Assembly (NCBI RefSeq): GCF_001194135.2
Contig: NC_068990.1
Coordinates: forward strand, 64,663,869 to 64,727,868
Direction: 5' to 3'
Origin: Octopus bimaculoides
Taxonomy: Eukaryota
Length of the DNA: 64,000 bases
Position 1 is the first letter of the stretch. Every line of letters begins with the position of its first letter. A program made the translations under genes and the position numbers. Below the pieces are notes generated by a model. That model was not told where the DNA came from. It ran no database searches and saw nothing but the letters and a program-made list of their open reading frames with translations. Of this stretch, positions 20,301 through 34,171 are shown in pieces.

Positions 20301-22359
20301 AAAAGTGTGTATGTGAGTGATACATGTGTGTATGAGTGTTTACAGCAGATAGAAAGAGAGTCAATAACACGTGAACAATTATACCAGTTCTTNNNNNNNN
20401 NNNNNNNNNNNNNNNNNNNNNNNNNNNNNNNNNNNNNNNNNNNNNNNNNNNNNNNNNNNNNNNNNNNNNNNNNNNNNNNNNNNNNNNNNNNNNNNNNNNN
20501 NNNNNNNNNNNNNNNNNNNNNNNNNNNNNNNNNNNNNNNNNNNNNNNNNNNNNNNNNNNNNNNNNNNNNNNNNNNNNNNNNNNNNNNNNNNNNNNNNNNN
20601 NNNNNNNNNNNNNNNNNNNNNNNNNNNNNNNNNNNNNNNNNNNNNNNNNNNNNNNNNNNNNNNNNNNNNNNNNNNNNNNNNNNNNNNNNNNNNNNNNNNN
20701 NNNNNNNNNNNNNNNNNNNNNNNNNNNNNNNNNNNNNNNNNNNNNNNNNNNNNNNNNNNNNNNNNNNNNNNNNNNNNNNNNNNNNNNNNNNNNNNNNNNN
20801 NNNNNNNNNNNNNNNNNNNNNNNNNNNNNNNNNNNNNNNNNNNNNNNNNNNNNNNNNNNNNNNNNNNNNNNNNNNNNNNNNNNNNNNNNNNNNNNNNNNN
20901 NNNNNNNNNNNNNNNNNNNNNNNNNNNNNNNNNNNNNNNNNNNNNNNNNNNNNNNNNNNNNNNNNNNNTTTACTCTATCACGTGACCTTATTAGGGGCCG
21001 TGATTGGTCAGTTTGCGTTCTGGCGGGAAAGGTTCGAAGAAGTTGCCGATTCGAATAATAATCAGTCACGTGATGACAAGGAATGGGTTCTCTACTACGC
21101 TCGCATTTATTTATATTTAAATGAGAAGATTGTATGTAATGGCGATAGTAGTTTGTATCTAATGGCGGGAGGTAGTTTCACTACATATATTTAGCTGGCC
21201 AGACACTACAGGTGGCTCTTGAGTCAACCAAGAAGCTTTTTCTGGAAAATTTCGTCTTTAATAAAACTTGCACGACTTGGTGGGGGTGATACCAGAAACA
21301 GTAGCCGTGCTTACTGCTCCGTTCTGACGTTTCCCTGGATACTATATGAACAAGGTGGTGTGCATTTCCTTGCCTTGGCGCCGAAATTGATATAGTACCA
21401 ACATACAGATCCCTGATTGCCAATGTCTGGATAGAGATCTTGAGCAAGATTGGTGTCTTGCACGTGGGACCGTATTCCTTTCTAAACGGAGGTAGCGAAC
21501 TCACGCTACCAGGTCTTCAATTGTTTTTTACCGTGGTGCGTCGAAAATGCTGGAACTAGGATGCTATGGCCGCTACGGTAATAGAAGGAGAAGGAACAGG
21601 TATCGTCAGAATGGCTATCTCCATTATTTTATCGGCTGATGACGCCAATTGTTCAACGGTACTGATATCGCACATGGGTACGAGGATGGCTTGGACGTTA
21701 GTAGGCAGGCGAGAAAAAAACAGTTGTTTGAGAAAACCACTCTGTAATGAATTGTCTTCTGCAAGCTGAAGCATTCTAGGTAATAGCTACGATGGGGATC
21801 GGTCTCCCAACTGTTCATCGTTAATCAGCTTGTGAAATCTTTTCTCCAACGTCGGGTTCACCACTTTAGTGAGTATATGTGTGTATTCAGTGTCTGGTTG
21901 GTAATGTGATGATGAGATGCGGGCTGCGTGTAAATGAAGAATAAACACTCTAAATATAACTATGACAATTTTTATTTTGGTAGAGATTCGTGGCAAGATG
22001 TATAAAGGCTGGGGTAATGTTGGAGTGATGTTATGGCATTCTGGTACTAGTGATTAAATGTGTGTATTAATTGTTTGGTGGTACCTACTGAGAGAGAGGC
22101 ATCGCGACACCACGTGTAGGACGCTGAAATTAAGAAGGAGAGCTAGCAGTCCTAACTGTGGGCAGTTGGCAAGTTGACTGCCCAAAGGGAAAAAGAGAAA
22201 GAATCTTGTCAGTTGGGCTCCTTATATGCCTTTCACGACTTCCGTTTTGTTCAAGGGCTGTTGTGTTTTGCGCACGCGTTGTGGCTGCCTGCTGTGTCCC
22301 TTCGGGGCTTTTATGCTTAGCCCTGAGACAATCCAAGCAAGCACAACGGGTACGCTTCA
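17399..22359 (-). mobile_element. Degenerate Ty3/gypsy LTR retrotransposon, CsRn1/Kabuki-like
   Basis: Direct repeats (LTRs) at 21865-22359 and 17399-17824. PBS TGGTGAACCCGACGT at 21849-21863 (14/15 to the tRNA-Trp PBS TGGTGACCCCGACGT). PPT-like aagggaa before the 3' LTR; 4-bp TSD gaca/gcca. Broken gag (EQLGDRSPS, C-F-W-Y-H), protease (FLVDSRA; ADQPYPILRADFL), RT (WASPLFMVSKK..W-PCVDYRRLN, YHQIP), RNase H (FTIYTDHKPL, ADALSR) and integrase Zn domain (RFVWPNM). Confidence 0.9.
20012..21185. mobile_element. Probable solo LTR of a second LTR element, inserted in the gypsy protease (contains an assembly gap)
   Basis: Begins TGTAAG and ends ACTACA, with a perfect 4-bp TATA TSD (20008-20011 / 21186-21189); splits the protease between VWPAKY and LQAVNH. 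Confidence 0.8.
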
Positions 22360-23519
22360 GCCACAACGCGCCACCAGGAATCGAACTCTCGACCTTACGA
22401 CCCTAAGCCAAATACCCTAACCACTAAGCCACGCGTGTCCCGATGACATAGTTAATCTAAGTAGAGATCATTTTCTTTTGGTAAGTTTCTCGGACAGAAA
22501 TAGAAGGCTTTATTTTAAGAAAACGGTGCTAAAGTGGTTATTTACAATTAGGAGTAGAATTATATAAGGAGAAAAGTTTGCATTGCCTTATCACAGAGAA
22601 AAGGATAAATTTCCCCAGAATGAAGTTGAACGTTACTGATCTTAATGACCTAAAGTTGAAAGTGACGGATGGTCAGTTGAACAAGATAATTGCTATGATG
22701 GTTTTGCATCTGTATATGTGCGTGTGGATCAATACATATATTGACACGTGTGTGTGTGTGGATGGATTGTATGTTTATAGTGCTTTGCGTGTATGAGGAT
22801 ATGAGTTTATTCATGTACGCGTATGGATAAAAACCTGGTCCCGAGTGTTGGGGTGGATATGTGTGAAAGTATGTTTATTTTCCCAGGAGTCACGAATCTG
22901 ATATAGAAAGAATGGTAAAAAAGACTCTAGTTTATATTGAATGGGTGAGTCAGTGTTTAACGTTAGCGATCTAGCTTCTCCTTTTTTTCTATCTTTTTTT
23001 TCTTTTTCTTTTTTTTTTCTTTTTTTGTTTTTGTAAACGGCAAGAAAACGTGGACTGTGTAACCGGTTTGTTTAGTTTGCATAACGAGTCTAAAACTATG
23101 CTTATTAAAGCGATATACCTTACATTTCAAATTTGCCAAAAACAATGTTTAATGCATCATTATTTAATTCATAGACGTCTTCACAGTTATAAAACGTATA
23201 ATTAAAGTTCGTATCATAGTTCAAGGCCCCCACTCCTTTGCACAAATATTTATTTGTTGTTGCTGATGTGGATGTTGTAAATAGTTTGCAGGAAAACTGT
23301 AGGTGGAATAATGACTTGTAATAGCTTTGAGAGAAGGAACCATTAATTATTTTCATTTTTGTGTGCGGATGTGGGCTACATTAGCGCTTTTGGTGGATAT
23401 ATTTGGGTCAGTGAGAATCGGAAATACATGGAAATGAGAAAGAAAATTAAGAGTTGAAGATCAATATACGTGTGGAAAGAACTATATCTGTTATTTGCGA
23501 AAACTGATCCCTTGCTGCT

Positions 23520-23540
23520 ACATTAAGTACACATGTGTCC

Positions 23541-23610
<70 letters not shown>
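23520..23610. repeat. (CA)n microsatellite
   Basis: Directly visible. Confidence 0.95.
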
Positions 23611-23612
<2 letters not shown>

Positions 23613-24336
23613 TACATACAGGGATGGATAGATGGCCATTGGTTTCAGCAACGAGTTATCAGCAGTTGTTAGAGCAAATGGATTTCTTGTCCATTGAATT
23701 AATCTGTAAGTAGCTAAGCATTCTACAAACACATGTACCTCAACGAAATTTTCAGACAAAACCAGCGTTTCTGGTACAATCCACCCGAAGTGCTTCTCTA
23801 CAGTTTCCGTCTACCCCATTTCACTCAATATATGGGTGGACTCGAGGCTGTAGCAGATGATTTGCCCAAGATTCTATGGAATGAGGATGAACAAGGAAAC
23901 GCGTGGTTATGACGTAATTTTCTTAGCCATTCGGCCACATACTCACACGCTCATGCGCACATGCATGCATGTAGATAAGTGGGTGTGTCAAACGTGCGTG
24001 GTTTAGTGGCTAGGGTGATGGGCTCACGATCATAAGGTCATGCGTTCCGTTCTTGGACAGGGCGGTGCATCGTGGCTTTCAGGGCACCTTATTTCACGGT
24101 ATTTCACTCAACTCGGCTGAAAATGAGTACCACCTGACTGCTGGAATTATTGAATCTTTCCTCCAGCTGCCACATCCTCGGTGTCCCACTTGGCGACGGG
24201 TGAGAGGGCTGAGAGGATATCTATATCTCCTCGCGAGCCTAAAATAGCAAAAGTGTGGTAAAACCAGATCATTCTCGCTTGTACACAACGGCTAATGTTT
24301 ACACACACTCACACACGCGCGTGCACACACACACAC

Positions 24337-24368
<32 letters not shown>

Positions 24369-24639
24369 TGTTTTCTGATAGATAGCCACAGCCTTTAGCT
24401 AAAACAAGTAAAAGTAACACATTAATGCTTTCAAGAGTTAGGAATCTAGGAGACAAACGTAAGCTTCATGTATAGGGAAGGATAACTTCTTAAGCTTAGT
24501 CGAAGCTGCCCCCATATTTTCCTTCAAGCTTCACGTTAGCTTCAGTTAAACTTTAGGGTAGCTATCAGAAGTGGACTGGATTCTTGCGAGGAAAACTCTA
24601 CTTGTGAGTGAATGTTAGGAAGGAGTAGTAAATGGTGAA

Positions 24640-24932
24640 GACCCCGCCCCCTTCGGTCATGAATGACCTAAAAATAGTTATCCTCCAGGGCACAAGTCCG
24701 GGCATGGCTGCTTATGATAGACAAGCAGTTGCCCATGCATACCAGCCTCCCCTCTCCATGACACCGATCTTGCCCAAGGGAAAGGCAGATGCCGATACAG
24801 CTGAATGAACTGGAGCAACGTGAAATGAATTTTTTTGCTCAAGAACACAGCACACGGCCCGGTCTGAGAATCGAACTCCCTACCTCATGATCGTGAACCC
24901 GTTTCTCAAACCACTAAGCCATGCGCCTTCAC
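24640..24932 (-). mobile_element. tRNA-derived SINE family C; another copy at 52795-53120
   Basis: Shared cccttcggtcatgaatgacc...gctcaagaacac...gaatcgaactc...aaccactaagccatgcgccttc (reverse tRNA-like head). Confidence 0.8.
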
Positions 24933-27446
24933 TGGAAGGTGTAGTAAGTCATTGATATTTAAAAATGTAAGTTGTGCTCCTTGCATTGTCAGCGATTATT
25001 GAGATGGGTGGTTTCAATGTTTCAGTAGAATGGTAACTGATCTAGAGGTGGTGGTGGTAATGGTGGTGGTGGTGGTATGTTAAGGTAAAGGTTCTGATGT
25101 ATACATTATGTTGATTTTGGGTGTGTATTTGAATGTAAATGGTGGAAGTTTTTTAGTTGAGCATTAAAGAAATGAACGTTCGTTCAGCTGATATTGTAAT
25201 TTGTGATGTTGTTAACCCGGTGTAAACGATATTTTCCAATTGGAGAGGATAAACTTGTCTTTATGAAAGTATCTGGTGAGTGTCTCTGTTATGAAATTTA
25301 AATAGTTGTGGTTCCTCCACTCAAACAGAATATGTGTGCTTTCTGCCTTACGAATGCTGCACCCCTTCGATCTGGCCGCATAGTATTTCGATCTTTCGAG
25401 TACCCGCTTTTCGATGTTGTAGGTAATGTTGCTGTAGTCTCTAGATGTGGTTTGCTGGTGTCATGTTAATTCTTTTGTCAATGTCTCTGAATGTCGATCC
25501 TAACTTGATGTTGAGTACCTAATCTAATAGATAAGATTCTGCATTTCTGCCCGTGCAATTTGGTATGATCGTTTGTTGCATCTACAAAACGTAGAATGCT
25601 CTGCTAATAGCAACTGTAGTTGTAGCCCCAACATGAAAACAATCATCTTAAGCCTAATCTCCTTAAACTGTATGTCCCTGGCATCTTAAGCTTAATCTTT
25701 ATGTCCCTGGCGTAAGCATGTTTTCAAATGACGTAGTTAAACACCTCTACCGAGGTAGTGAAATTGTCTTCAACCAAAATAAATAAATAAACAAATAGAT
25801 AAATAAAACAAAAATCCTGTATATGTTCTTTAATTTAATGACGAAAAGAACCCTTCGTACAAAACCTACAAATTAGTGGTGGGAGGGGTTGTTTTATTTT
25901 TGCAAATAGCGCCTCAAACAGAAATTTAAGCTGTAGAAAGGTATATGCTCCAATACATACTTGAACACACGCATGAAAACAAACGCCGGCTTGCATTTTA
26001 TATTCGTATTTTCTTAATGGAATTAAGGTTTAATTCACAGACAGATTGTCAATCCTAAACTTAATCATAATCTTCCTTTTGATCGATATGTAGACACTAA
26101 ATCCAAACATCGAACGTACCACACAAAAACTAACTTTAGCATTACTTGGGTTTCTTCGAAAATCTCGTTTTGTGTAGTATCAGTGAGTTTTCACATCTTT
26201 CTTTATTTTTCAAAATGTTTCCAAAAGGGACTTATTTTCCAAATAAGAAATAAGTTAATTCGAGCAGAGATAACTTGATTAATCAACTATGCTTACGTCT
26301 TGATAAAATCTCTTAATGAAATAACTGTATCAGTATCAGATAAACAATTCATGTTTTTATGGGGTTTTTTACGCCACGCTTCAAGTTCCATTCATCTTTA
26401 GACACTTTTGAATACTATTGGACTTGAGGATTACCAAACAACAGTGGACTTCCTTTCATCAATGCATTCTGTGAAATGATGATGGATTATTTATGTTATG
26501 TCTCAAGCTACTGCTATCTAGCGCCTTCGGATGATCTCTACTCAATCGCTACTCTACTGCTACTCAACTGCTACTCAACACCCCTACCACGGCCAGACTA
26601 CCTCTATTTATATGTCTTGGGTGATCCTACTTCTTCGCTTGGGGGCGTCGACACAACAATTTAACTGTCTGATTTGCGTCATTCTATCTCGCCAATAATT
26701 GTGACGTGCTTCACTTTGATAAGCCTTGATCCTTAATGGTTCCTCTTTAATTAAATCAGTGTGTGTGTAGTGTAGAAGATATCGATCACACATACTTAAC
26801 GTATAAACCAAGTATGTTTGCCGGAATGCTGCGATATGTCGAGGTGGAGACGACTCCCTCAAAGCACCAAGTGTTGAAACACCTGAAAGTCATAGACAAG
26901 CGAGACAACTCACCCCAAATTCTATTCAGGAGCGATGGACATCAGTGTTTTGCCATTTTTGTGGCTTATCAACATCACGTACACAAACCGAATCGGAGGG
27001 GAATCGTACCACCTATCCACGACTTATATGCACATAGTTTTTTTAAAAAAACTATATGCTAGTATGCCCTTAAAATGCATACGTAAGAATAAATTCAAAT
27101 ATGAAGTAGAAGCAGCGCTGGTGTAATAAACATTATCGACCACACATACTTAATGTAAATGGGTCGTGCATTTGCCGGTAGGTTGTGATTTCACGTGGTG
27201 GAAATTACTTCCCCAAAGTGCTAGCTCAAATGAGTCTATTCTCGACGTCGAAGATTCTTTATCAGCCACCTTACAAAGTGGACATCAGAATTTAAACTTG
27301 CGTTATTAGTATATTTAAAGTAATTAAAATTGATTAAAAATTGAATAAAATAAGAGGAAAATAAATTCTTGAACAGTAAAAAATGTGCTATTCATAATTT
27401 TGTTACATACAAGTATGGTTAATAAAACAAAGTATGAGATATTTAA

Positions 27447-28470
27447 TTAGGTATGACACTGTGGTTAGAAATTTGTGTCACAATCACGCAGTTTGGGGTT
27501 CACTCCCACTACGTGGCACCTTCGAAAAGTGTCTTCTACTATAACTCCGAACCTACTGAGCTTACTGAGTGGAGTTGGCAGACGGAAACAGAAAGAAGCC
27601 CATCATATGTATGTATATATGTATGTATGTATGTATGTAGGTATGTATGTATGTAGGTATGTATGTACGCATGTATGTACGTATGCATGCACGTTTGTAT
27701 GTATGTACGCATGTATGTACGTGTGCGTGTATATATATATATGTATGTATGTATATATGTATGTATTTATGTATGTATGTATGTATGTATGTATGTACGA
27801 ATGTACGTATGTATGCGTGTGTTTGTCTGTGTTTTTGCCTTCCCCCACCCCACCCCGCTTCGCAGCTGGTGTTGGCTTTGTTTACGTCTTCTTAACTTTA
27901 TGGCTCTGCAAAAGAGACCGATACGATAAGTACCAGACTTTAAAAATAATTAATCCTGGGGTCGATTTGTTCGACTAAAGCCCTTCAAGGTAGTGCCCCA
28001 ACATGGCCGCAGTCCATTGACTGAAACAAATAAAAGATAAAAGATATGTCTAAACTTTTAATTTTAAAACGGTTTTTCATACCAACCACATGGTCACGGG
28101 TTCATTCCCACTGCGTGGCACCTTGGGCAAGTGCCTTCTACTATAGCCTCGGGCCGACCAAAGCCATGTGAGTGGATTTGGTAGACGGAAACTGAAAGAG
28201 GCCTATCGTATATATGTATATATATATGTATGTGTGTGTGTATATGTTTGTGTGTCTGTGTTTGCCCCCCCCCCCCCCCAACATCGCTTGACAACCGATG
28301 GTTGTGCGTTTACGTCCCCGTAACTTAACAGTTCGGAAAAAGAGACCGATAGAATAAGTGCTAGGCTTACAAAGAATAAGTCCCGGGGTCGATTTGCTCG
28401 ACTAAAAGGCGGTACTCCAGCATGGCCGCAGTCAAATGACTGAAGCAAGTAAAAGAGTAAAAGAGATATA
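27447..28470 (+). mobile_element. Two tandem SINE family A copies (27447-28046 with an expanded (TATG)n, and 28075-28470)
   Basis: Homologous to the 13068 copy; both end gcagtc(c)a(t/a)tgactgaa(a/g)caa...aaaaga. Confidence 0.85.
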
Positions 28471-29544
28471 TAATCTCCAATCAAAAACTATGAAGTCAAA
28501 AACATTGAAAATCACTAGGGTAGACTATACTTCGTTGAAAAGGTTCAATAAGGCAGAAACAGGCCTACAGTTGTCTCAGTAATGCTAAAGATGAAACCCT
28601 ACTCATTTACTTTACTGCGTCTCATCTTTAGTTAANNNNNNNNNNNNNNNNNNNNNNNNNNNNNNNNNNNNNNNNNNNNNNNNNNNNNNNNNNNNNNNNN
28701 NNNNNNNNNNNNNNNNNNNNNNNNNNNNNNNNNNNNNNNNNNNNNNNNNNNNNNNNNNNNNNNNNNNNNNNNNNNNNNNNNNNNNNNNNNNNNNNNNNNN
28801 NNNNNNNNNNNNNNNNNNNNNNNNNNNNNNNNNNNNNNNNNNNNNNNNNNNNNNNNNNNNNNNNNNNNNNNNNNNNNNNNNNNNNNNNNNNNNNNNNNNN
28901 NNNNNNNNNNNNNNNNNNNNNNNNNNNNNNNNNNNNNNNNNNNNNNNNNNNNNNNNNNNNNNNNNNNNNNNNNNNNNNNNNNNTCGAGTGTACTGGGCTC
29001 TTCTTTTATCATTCCCTAAATTCCGTTAAATTGTCACCGAACTATCTCGCAGGAAACAGACTGTGACATCCAGCTGAAGTAGCGAAAACGGTGGTGGTGG
29101 TGGGTTCGTTTAACAGTTGTAATGGTTGTTGTTGTTGTTGTTGTTGTTGTTGTTGATAACAATAGATGTAGGTGTTGTTCTTGTTGCTGCTGGTTTGGGA
29201 ATTGATAATAATAGCAATCGTACTAATGTTTGTATTAATGGTAGTATGAGAATAGTGTTGTTGTTGTTGTTGGAGGGTATAAGATGATGGCGGTGGTGGT
29301 GGTGGTAGTAGTGGTGGTGGCAGTGGCGACGGTAGTGGTAGCTGTGGTGGTAGTGGCGGTGGTGGTGGTGGGGGTTGTTGTTATTGTAAGGTTTGTGTTG
29401 GTGGTAATTTTGATGTCAACGGTGGGTATGGTTATAATAGTTTAATTGTCATGATAGCCATGCTTCGAAATTCTTTTGTTAAATGGAGTGTAATATGAAT
29501 AATAAACAATAATAATAATAAATAATAATAATAATGATAACGAC

Positions 29545-30283
<739 letters not shown>

Positions 30284-30419
30284 CAACAACAACAATAACA
30301 ACAACAATAATAATAATAATAATGGTGGTGATGATGATGATGATGACGATGATGATGATGATGATGATAAATGTCCGGATGCAATACCAGACAGTGGCTT
30401 TCATGGCTTCTCATTTTAA

Positions 30420-30700
30420 CGGACTGGAATTGTTATGTACATTGTTTTGTCTTGGTATAAAAGGTGGGCTACAACAAATATTCAGCTCAGTACCACAAAT
30501 CTGCTTGTCAGTTGTTTGACTTAACCAATTGAGCATGTCCCTTGGTGGCTGATGATATGTGCATCTCTGATCACGAACAGAAGTAGTGGGGGAGCATCAT
30601 AGCCATGTGTTGAGAGGAATTCTTTTGGGTTTGAATAATTCACCTTTGGAAACATGGGTGTTTCGTTCAACATTCTTAAACAACCATTTGAGCAGGATGG
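30420..30700. repeat. Interspersed repeat of unknown class; inverted homologue at about 38100-38370
   Basis: gagcatgtcccttggtggctgatgatatgtgcatctctgatca..gggggagcatcatagccatgtgttgagagg appears reverse-complemented at about 38200-38300. Confidence 0.7.
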
Positions 30701-30934
30701 CCTACTCGATCTGATGATCATTCTAACAGGGCTTTACCTGCAAGGTCACGCGCTGTTTATCTTGATATGAGATCACCATGTCGCGCACCTATGGTTGTGA
30801 TGCATGTGCCTGGTGTACCCTTATCAGATGGATAGTCATGATGGGTACATTCGGCTTCGTATATTTGTACCCCAGTGTCACTTTGATGGCATGCACTGCT
30901 TTCTCCCTCAATAATAATAATAATAATAATTAAT

Positions 30935-32545
30935 TCTGTTTTATTGGTCACAAGGGCTAATATAAATCAAAAATATGGAAGGACAAAGACAGGACGAAAA
31001 GTACAAAGGGTTTTGCGAAAAAGAAAGGTCCGTGTAAACATTAATAACAGCGAAAAATATAACAAATAAAACTCCCAATAGGGGGAGGTGCTTTGAAGGG
31101 TTACACGTGAAAAACCCCATAAAAGCCACGGAAGCCTGGTCAAAAGGGGGTAGAGAGCCCCTTCTTTTATATTACCTTTTCCTTTTACAGGTGTAACCTC
31201 AGAATTGATCCGTTCATACTGGCCATTTTACCAACAGTCACCCACCTTTCAATAAATTTGCTACGAGACAGCACTTCCCTCTCTACTCTCATCTTCCTTT
31301 TTAAGTGGAACTTGAAAAAGTTGATGAAGCCTTGGCCAAAGAGGAGAATGTCTTTCAAACGGGTCTACCATACCACCTCTTTCGCTACAGCCATTAGACA
31401 AAGGAAAATTGCCTTGCCCTCCCGGTTAAAGGAGGTCGGCGAAGCAATCTTCATTATGGATTCAGCTGATAGCTGGATCCGTCCTACACGCGACAGTAGC
31501 TGTTNNNNNNNNNNNNNNNNNNNNNNNNNNNNNNNNNNNNNNNNNNNNNNNNNNNNNNNNNNNNNNNNNNNNNNNNNNNNNNNNNNNNNNNNNNNNNNNN
31601 NNNNNNNNNNNNNNNNNNNNNNNNNNNNNNNNNNNNNNNNNNNNNNNNNNNNNNNNNNNNNNNNNNNNNNNNNNNNNNNNNNNNNNNNNNNNNNNNNNNN
31701 NNNNNNNNNNNNNNNNNNNNNNNNNNNNNNNNNNNNNNNNNNNNNNNNNNNNNNNNNNNNNNNNNNNNNNNNNNNNNNNNNNNNNNNNNNNNNNNNNNNN
31801 NNNNNNNNNNNNNNNNNNNNNNNNNNNNNNNNNNNNNNNNNNNNNNNNNNNNNNNNNNNNNNNNNNNNNNNNNNNNNNNNNNNNNNNNNNNNNNNNNNNN
31901 NNNNNNNNNNNNNCTAGAGTTTCCTCGAGAACGTCGTCGCACTTTTCCTCCACTAACCCTCTATAGAACACTAGAGTGGAACTACTACCGATCGCATTAC
32001 CCGCCTGGCTGAGGGCGGAGAGAACTTGGCGGCACTCGAGGTGCCTAGCGCCCTTTCTCGGTCTACATTTGATCCAAGATTGCAGCTCTGTCAAAGAGAT
32101 GAGCTGCGGAAAATCGTGTCTGACGAACGGTGAACACACCCGTTCACCGTCCAGGAAACTCTTGAGATACCGTAGCCTGAGCGCATGTCTGCGCATTAGC
32201 AACCACGGCATGCCAAGGCCTCCGTTCAGCGGCTGTTGACAGCAGATGGAGCGCCTGACCGGTGGTACCTGACCCTTCCACAGAAAGTCGAAGAGCAAGC
32301 GCACCAGCTTGGCCAACCAGCGGTCAGGACAAGGAACGACGTCAATCGGTAATATATGTCCGGACCGAACCAGACTCCGTGCAGTTTAACGAGACCGTCT
32401 GTCCAGCACCCTACGACGCTGTTAGATGTTGGGTTCTTGGAGACAGTATAAGAAGGCATGAAGCGGAATATAAAGTAAATTGGAATAGAGTGCCCAGTAG
32501 AACTGTTACAAAAGGTGCCTCCTTGGCACGGCCAGAATAACCAGG
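30935..32545 (-). mobile_element. Tx1/L1-clade LINE 3' fragment with 3' UTR and (ATT)n tail (gap inside)
   Basis: LVRLLFDFLWKGQVPPVRRSICCQQPLNGGLGMPWL and downstream AVAKEVVWWTRLK-type C-terminus; 3' UTR ends cccttgtgaccaataaaacagaa-(att)n. Confidence 0.85.
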
Positions 32546-32654
32546 AAAGTATTAGTTGAAAAGAACAGATAGTATAGTATTATAGGCAGTAATCCCGCTG
32601 CGCAGGCAAGAAACCTGGAGTCTCAACAAAACCTGAGTTAAAAAGAATAATAAT

Positions 32655-33044
32655 AATCCTTTCTACTGAAGGCACAAGGCCTGAAATTTGTGGGGAGGGG
32701 ACTAGTCGATTACATCGACCCAGTGTTTTACTGGTACTTAATCTATCGACCCCAAAATGTTGAAAGGCAAAGTCGACCTCGGCAGAATTTGATCTCAGAA
32801 CGTAGCGGCAGATGAAATACCGCTAAGCATTGCGCCCGTCGTGCTAACAATTCTTTTCTACTCTAGGCACAAGGCCCGAATTTTTAGAGATTAAATCGAC
32901 CCAGTACGCAGCTAGTACTTAATTTATCCATTTCGAAAGGATGAAAAGCAAAGTCAACCTCGGTGGAATTTGAACTCAGAACATAAAGACAGACGAAACG
33001 CCGGTAAGCATTTCGCCCGGAAAGCTAATGATACTGCCTCCTTT

Positions 33045-33077
<33 letters not shown>

Positions 33078-34171
33078 GTGATGATGATGATGATAATAAT
33101 CCTTTCTGCTATAAGCATAAGACCTCAAATTTGTGGGGAGGTATTAAGTCGATTACATCGACCCCAGTTCGTAACTGGTATTTATTCAATCGACCCCACA
33201 AAAGGATGAAAAGCAAACGACCTTGGCGGAATTTGAACTCAGAAAATAACGGCGTGCTAGCGATTCTGCCAGCTCGCCGCCTTTTTAATAATAATAATAA
33301 TAATGATAATAATAATAATAATAATCCTTTTTACTATAGGCACAAGGCCTGAAATTTGAAGGAGGGGGATAGTCCTACTCAGTTTTATCGACCCCAAAAG
33401 GATGAAAGGCAAAGTCAACCTCGGCGGAATTTGAACTCAGAACATGTAGACGGACGAAATATCGTTAAGCATTTCGCCCGGAAAGCTAACGATTCTGCCA
33501 ACCTTAATGATAATCCTTTCTATTATAGGCACAAGGTCCGAAATTTGTGAGGAGAGGGTTGGTCGATCACATCGACCCCAGTGTTTCACTGGTACTTAAT
33601 TTATCGACCCCGAAAGGATGAAAGGCAAAGTCGACCTCAGCAGAATTTGAGCGTAAAGGTGGACGAAATGCCTCTAAGCGTTTCGCCTGCCCATCGCCTT
33701 TTTAATATCAATAATAATAATGATGGTTTCAAATTTTGCCACAAGGACAGCAATTTTGGGGAGAGAGGAAGAGTCGATTACATCGACTCCAGTGTTTCAC
33801 TGGTACTTATTTTATCGACTCCGAAAGGATGAAAGGCAAAGTCACCTAGGCGGNNNNNNNNNNAGGGGGTAAGTCGATTACACCGACCCCAGTGATTCAC
33901 TGGTGCTTAATTTTTCGACCCCGAAAGGATGGAAGGCAAAGTCAATCTCGGCGGAATTTGAACTCAGAACTTAGCGACAGACGAAATAAATAATAATATG
34001 GTTTCAAATTTTGTCACAAGGGCAACAATTTTTTTTGGCGGGGAGGGGGGGTGATAAGTCGATTACATTGACTCAGCGTTTCACTGGTACTTAATTTATC
34101 GATCCCGAAAGGATGAAAGGCAGGGTCGACCTCGGCGGAATTTGAACTCAGAACGTGGCGACAGACGAAAT
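32655..34171 (-). mobile_element. Array of about 8 same-orientation SINE family B copies, mostly separated by (AAT)n
   Basis: Repeated tcgacccc..aaaggatgaaaggcaaagtcgacctcggcggaatttgaactcagaac units starting near 32655, 32855, 33100, 33324, 33512, 33722, 33864 and 33998. Confidence 0.9.

Larger units (their letters stand above)
16765..22436 (-). mobile_element. tRNA-derived SINE (family D-like) split by the gypsy insertion; fragments at 16765-16930, 17310-17398 and 22360-22436
   Basis: Left fragment ...gtgtctcgctcaaggaca and right fragment gccacaacgcgccaccaggaatcgaactc...ctaaccactaagccacgcg rejoin into a continuous SINE. The tail matches the 45234-45619 copy. Confidence 0.75.

Noticed and set aside
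17399-22359. The idea that the about 450-bp direct repeats encode the gag N-terminus (TKIKIVIVI..DTEY)
   Set aside because: A tRNA-Trp PBS directly abuts the repeat, and TG-like starts, a PPT and a TSD are present, so they are LTRs. The protein resemblance is coincidental.
32655-34171. CRISPR-like repeat/spacer appearance
   Set aside because: The units are about 180-bp diverged SINEs with microsatellite tails in a eukaryotic genome; there are no uniform spacers or cas genes.
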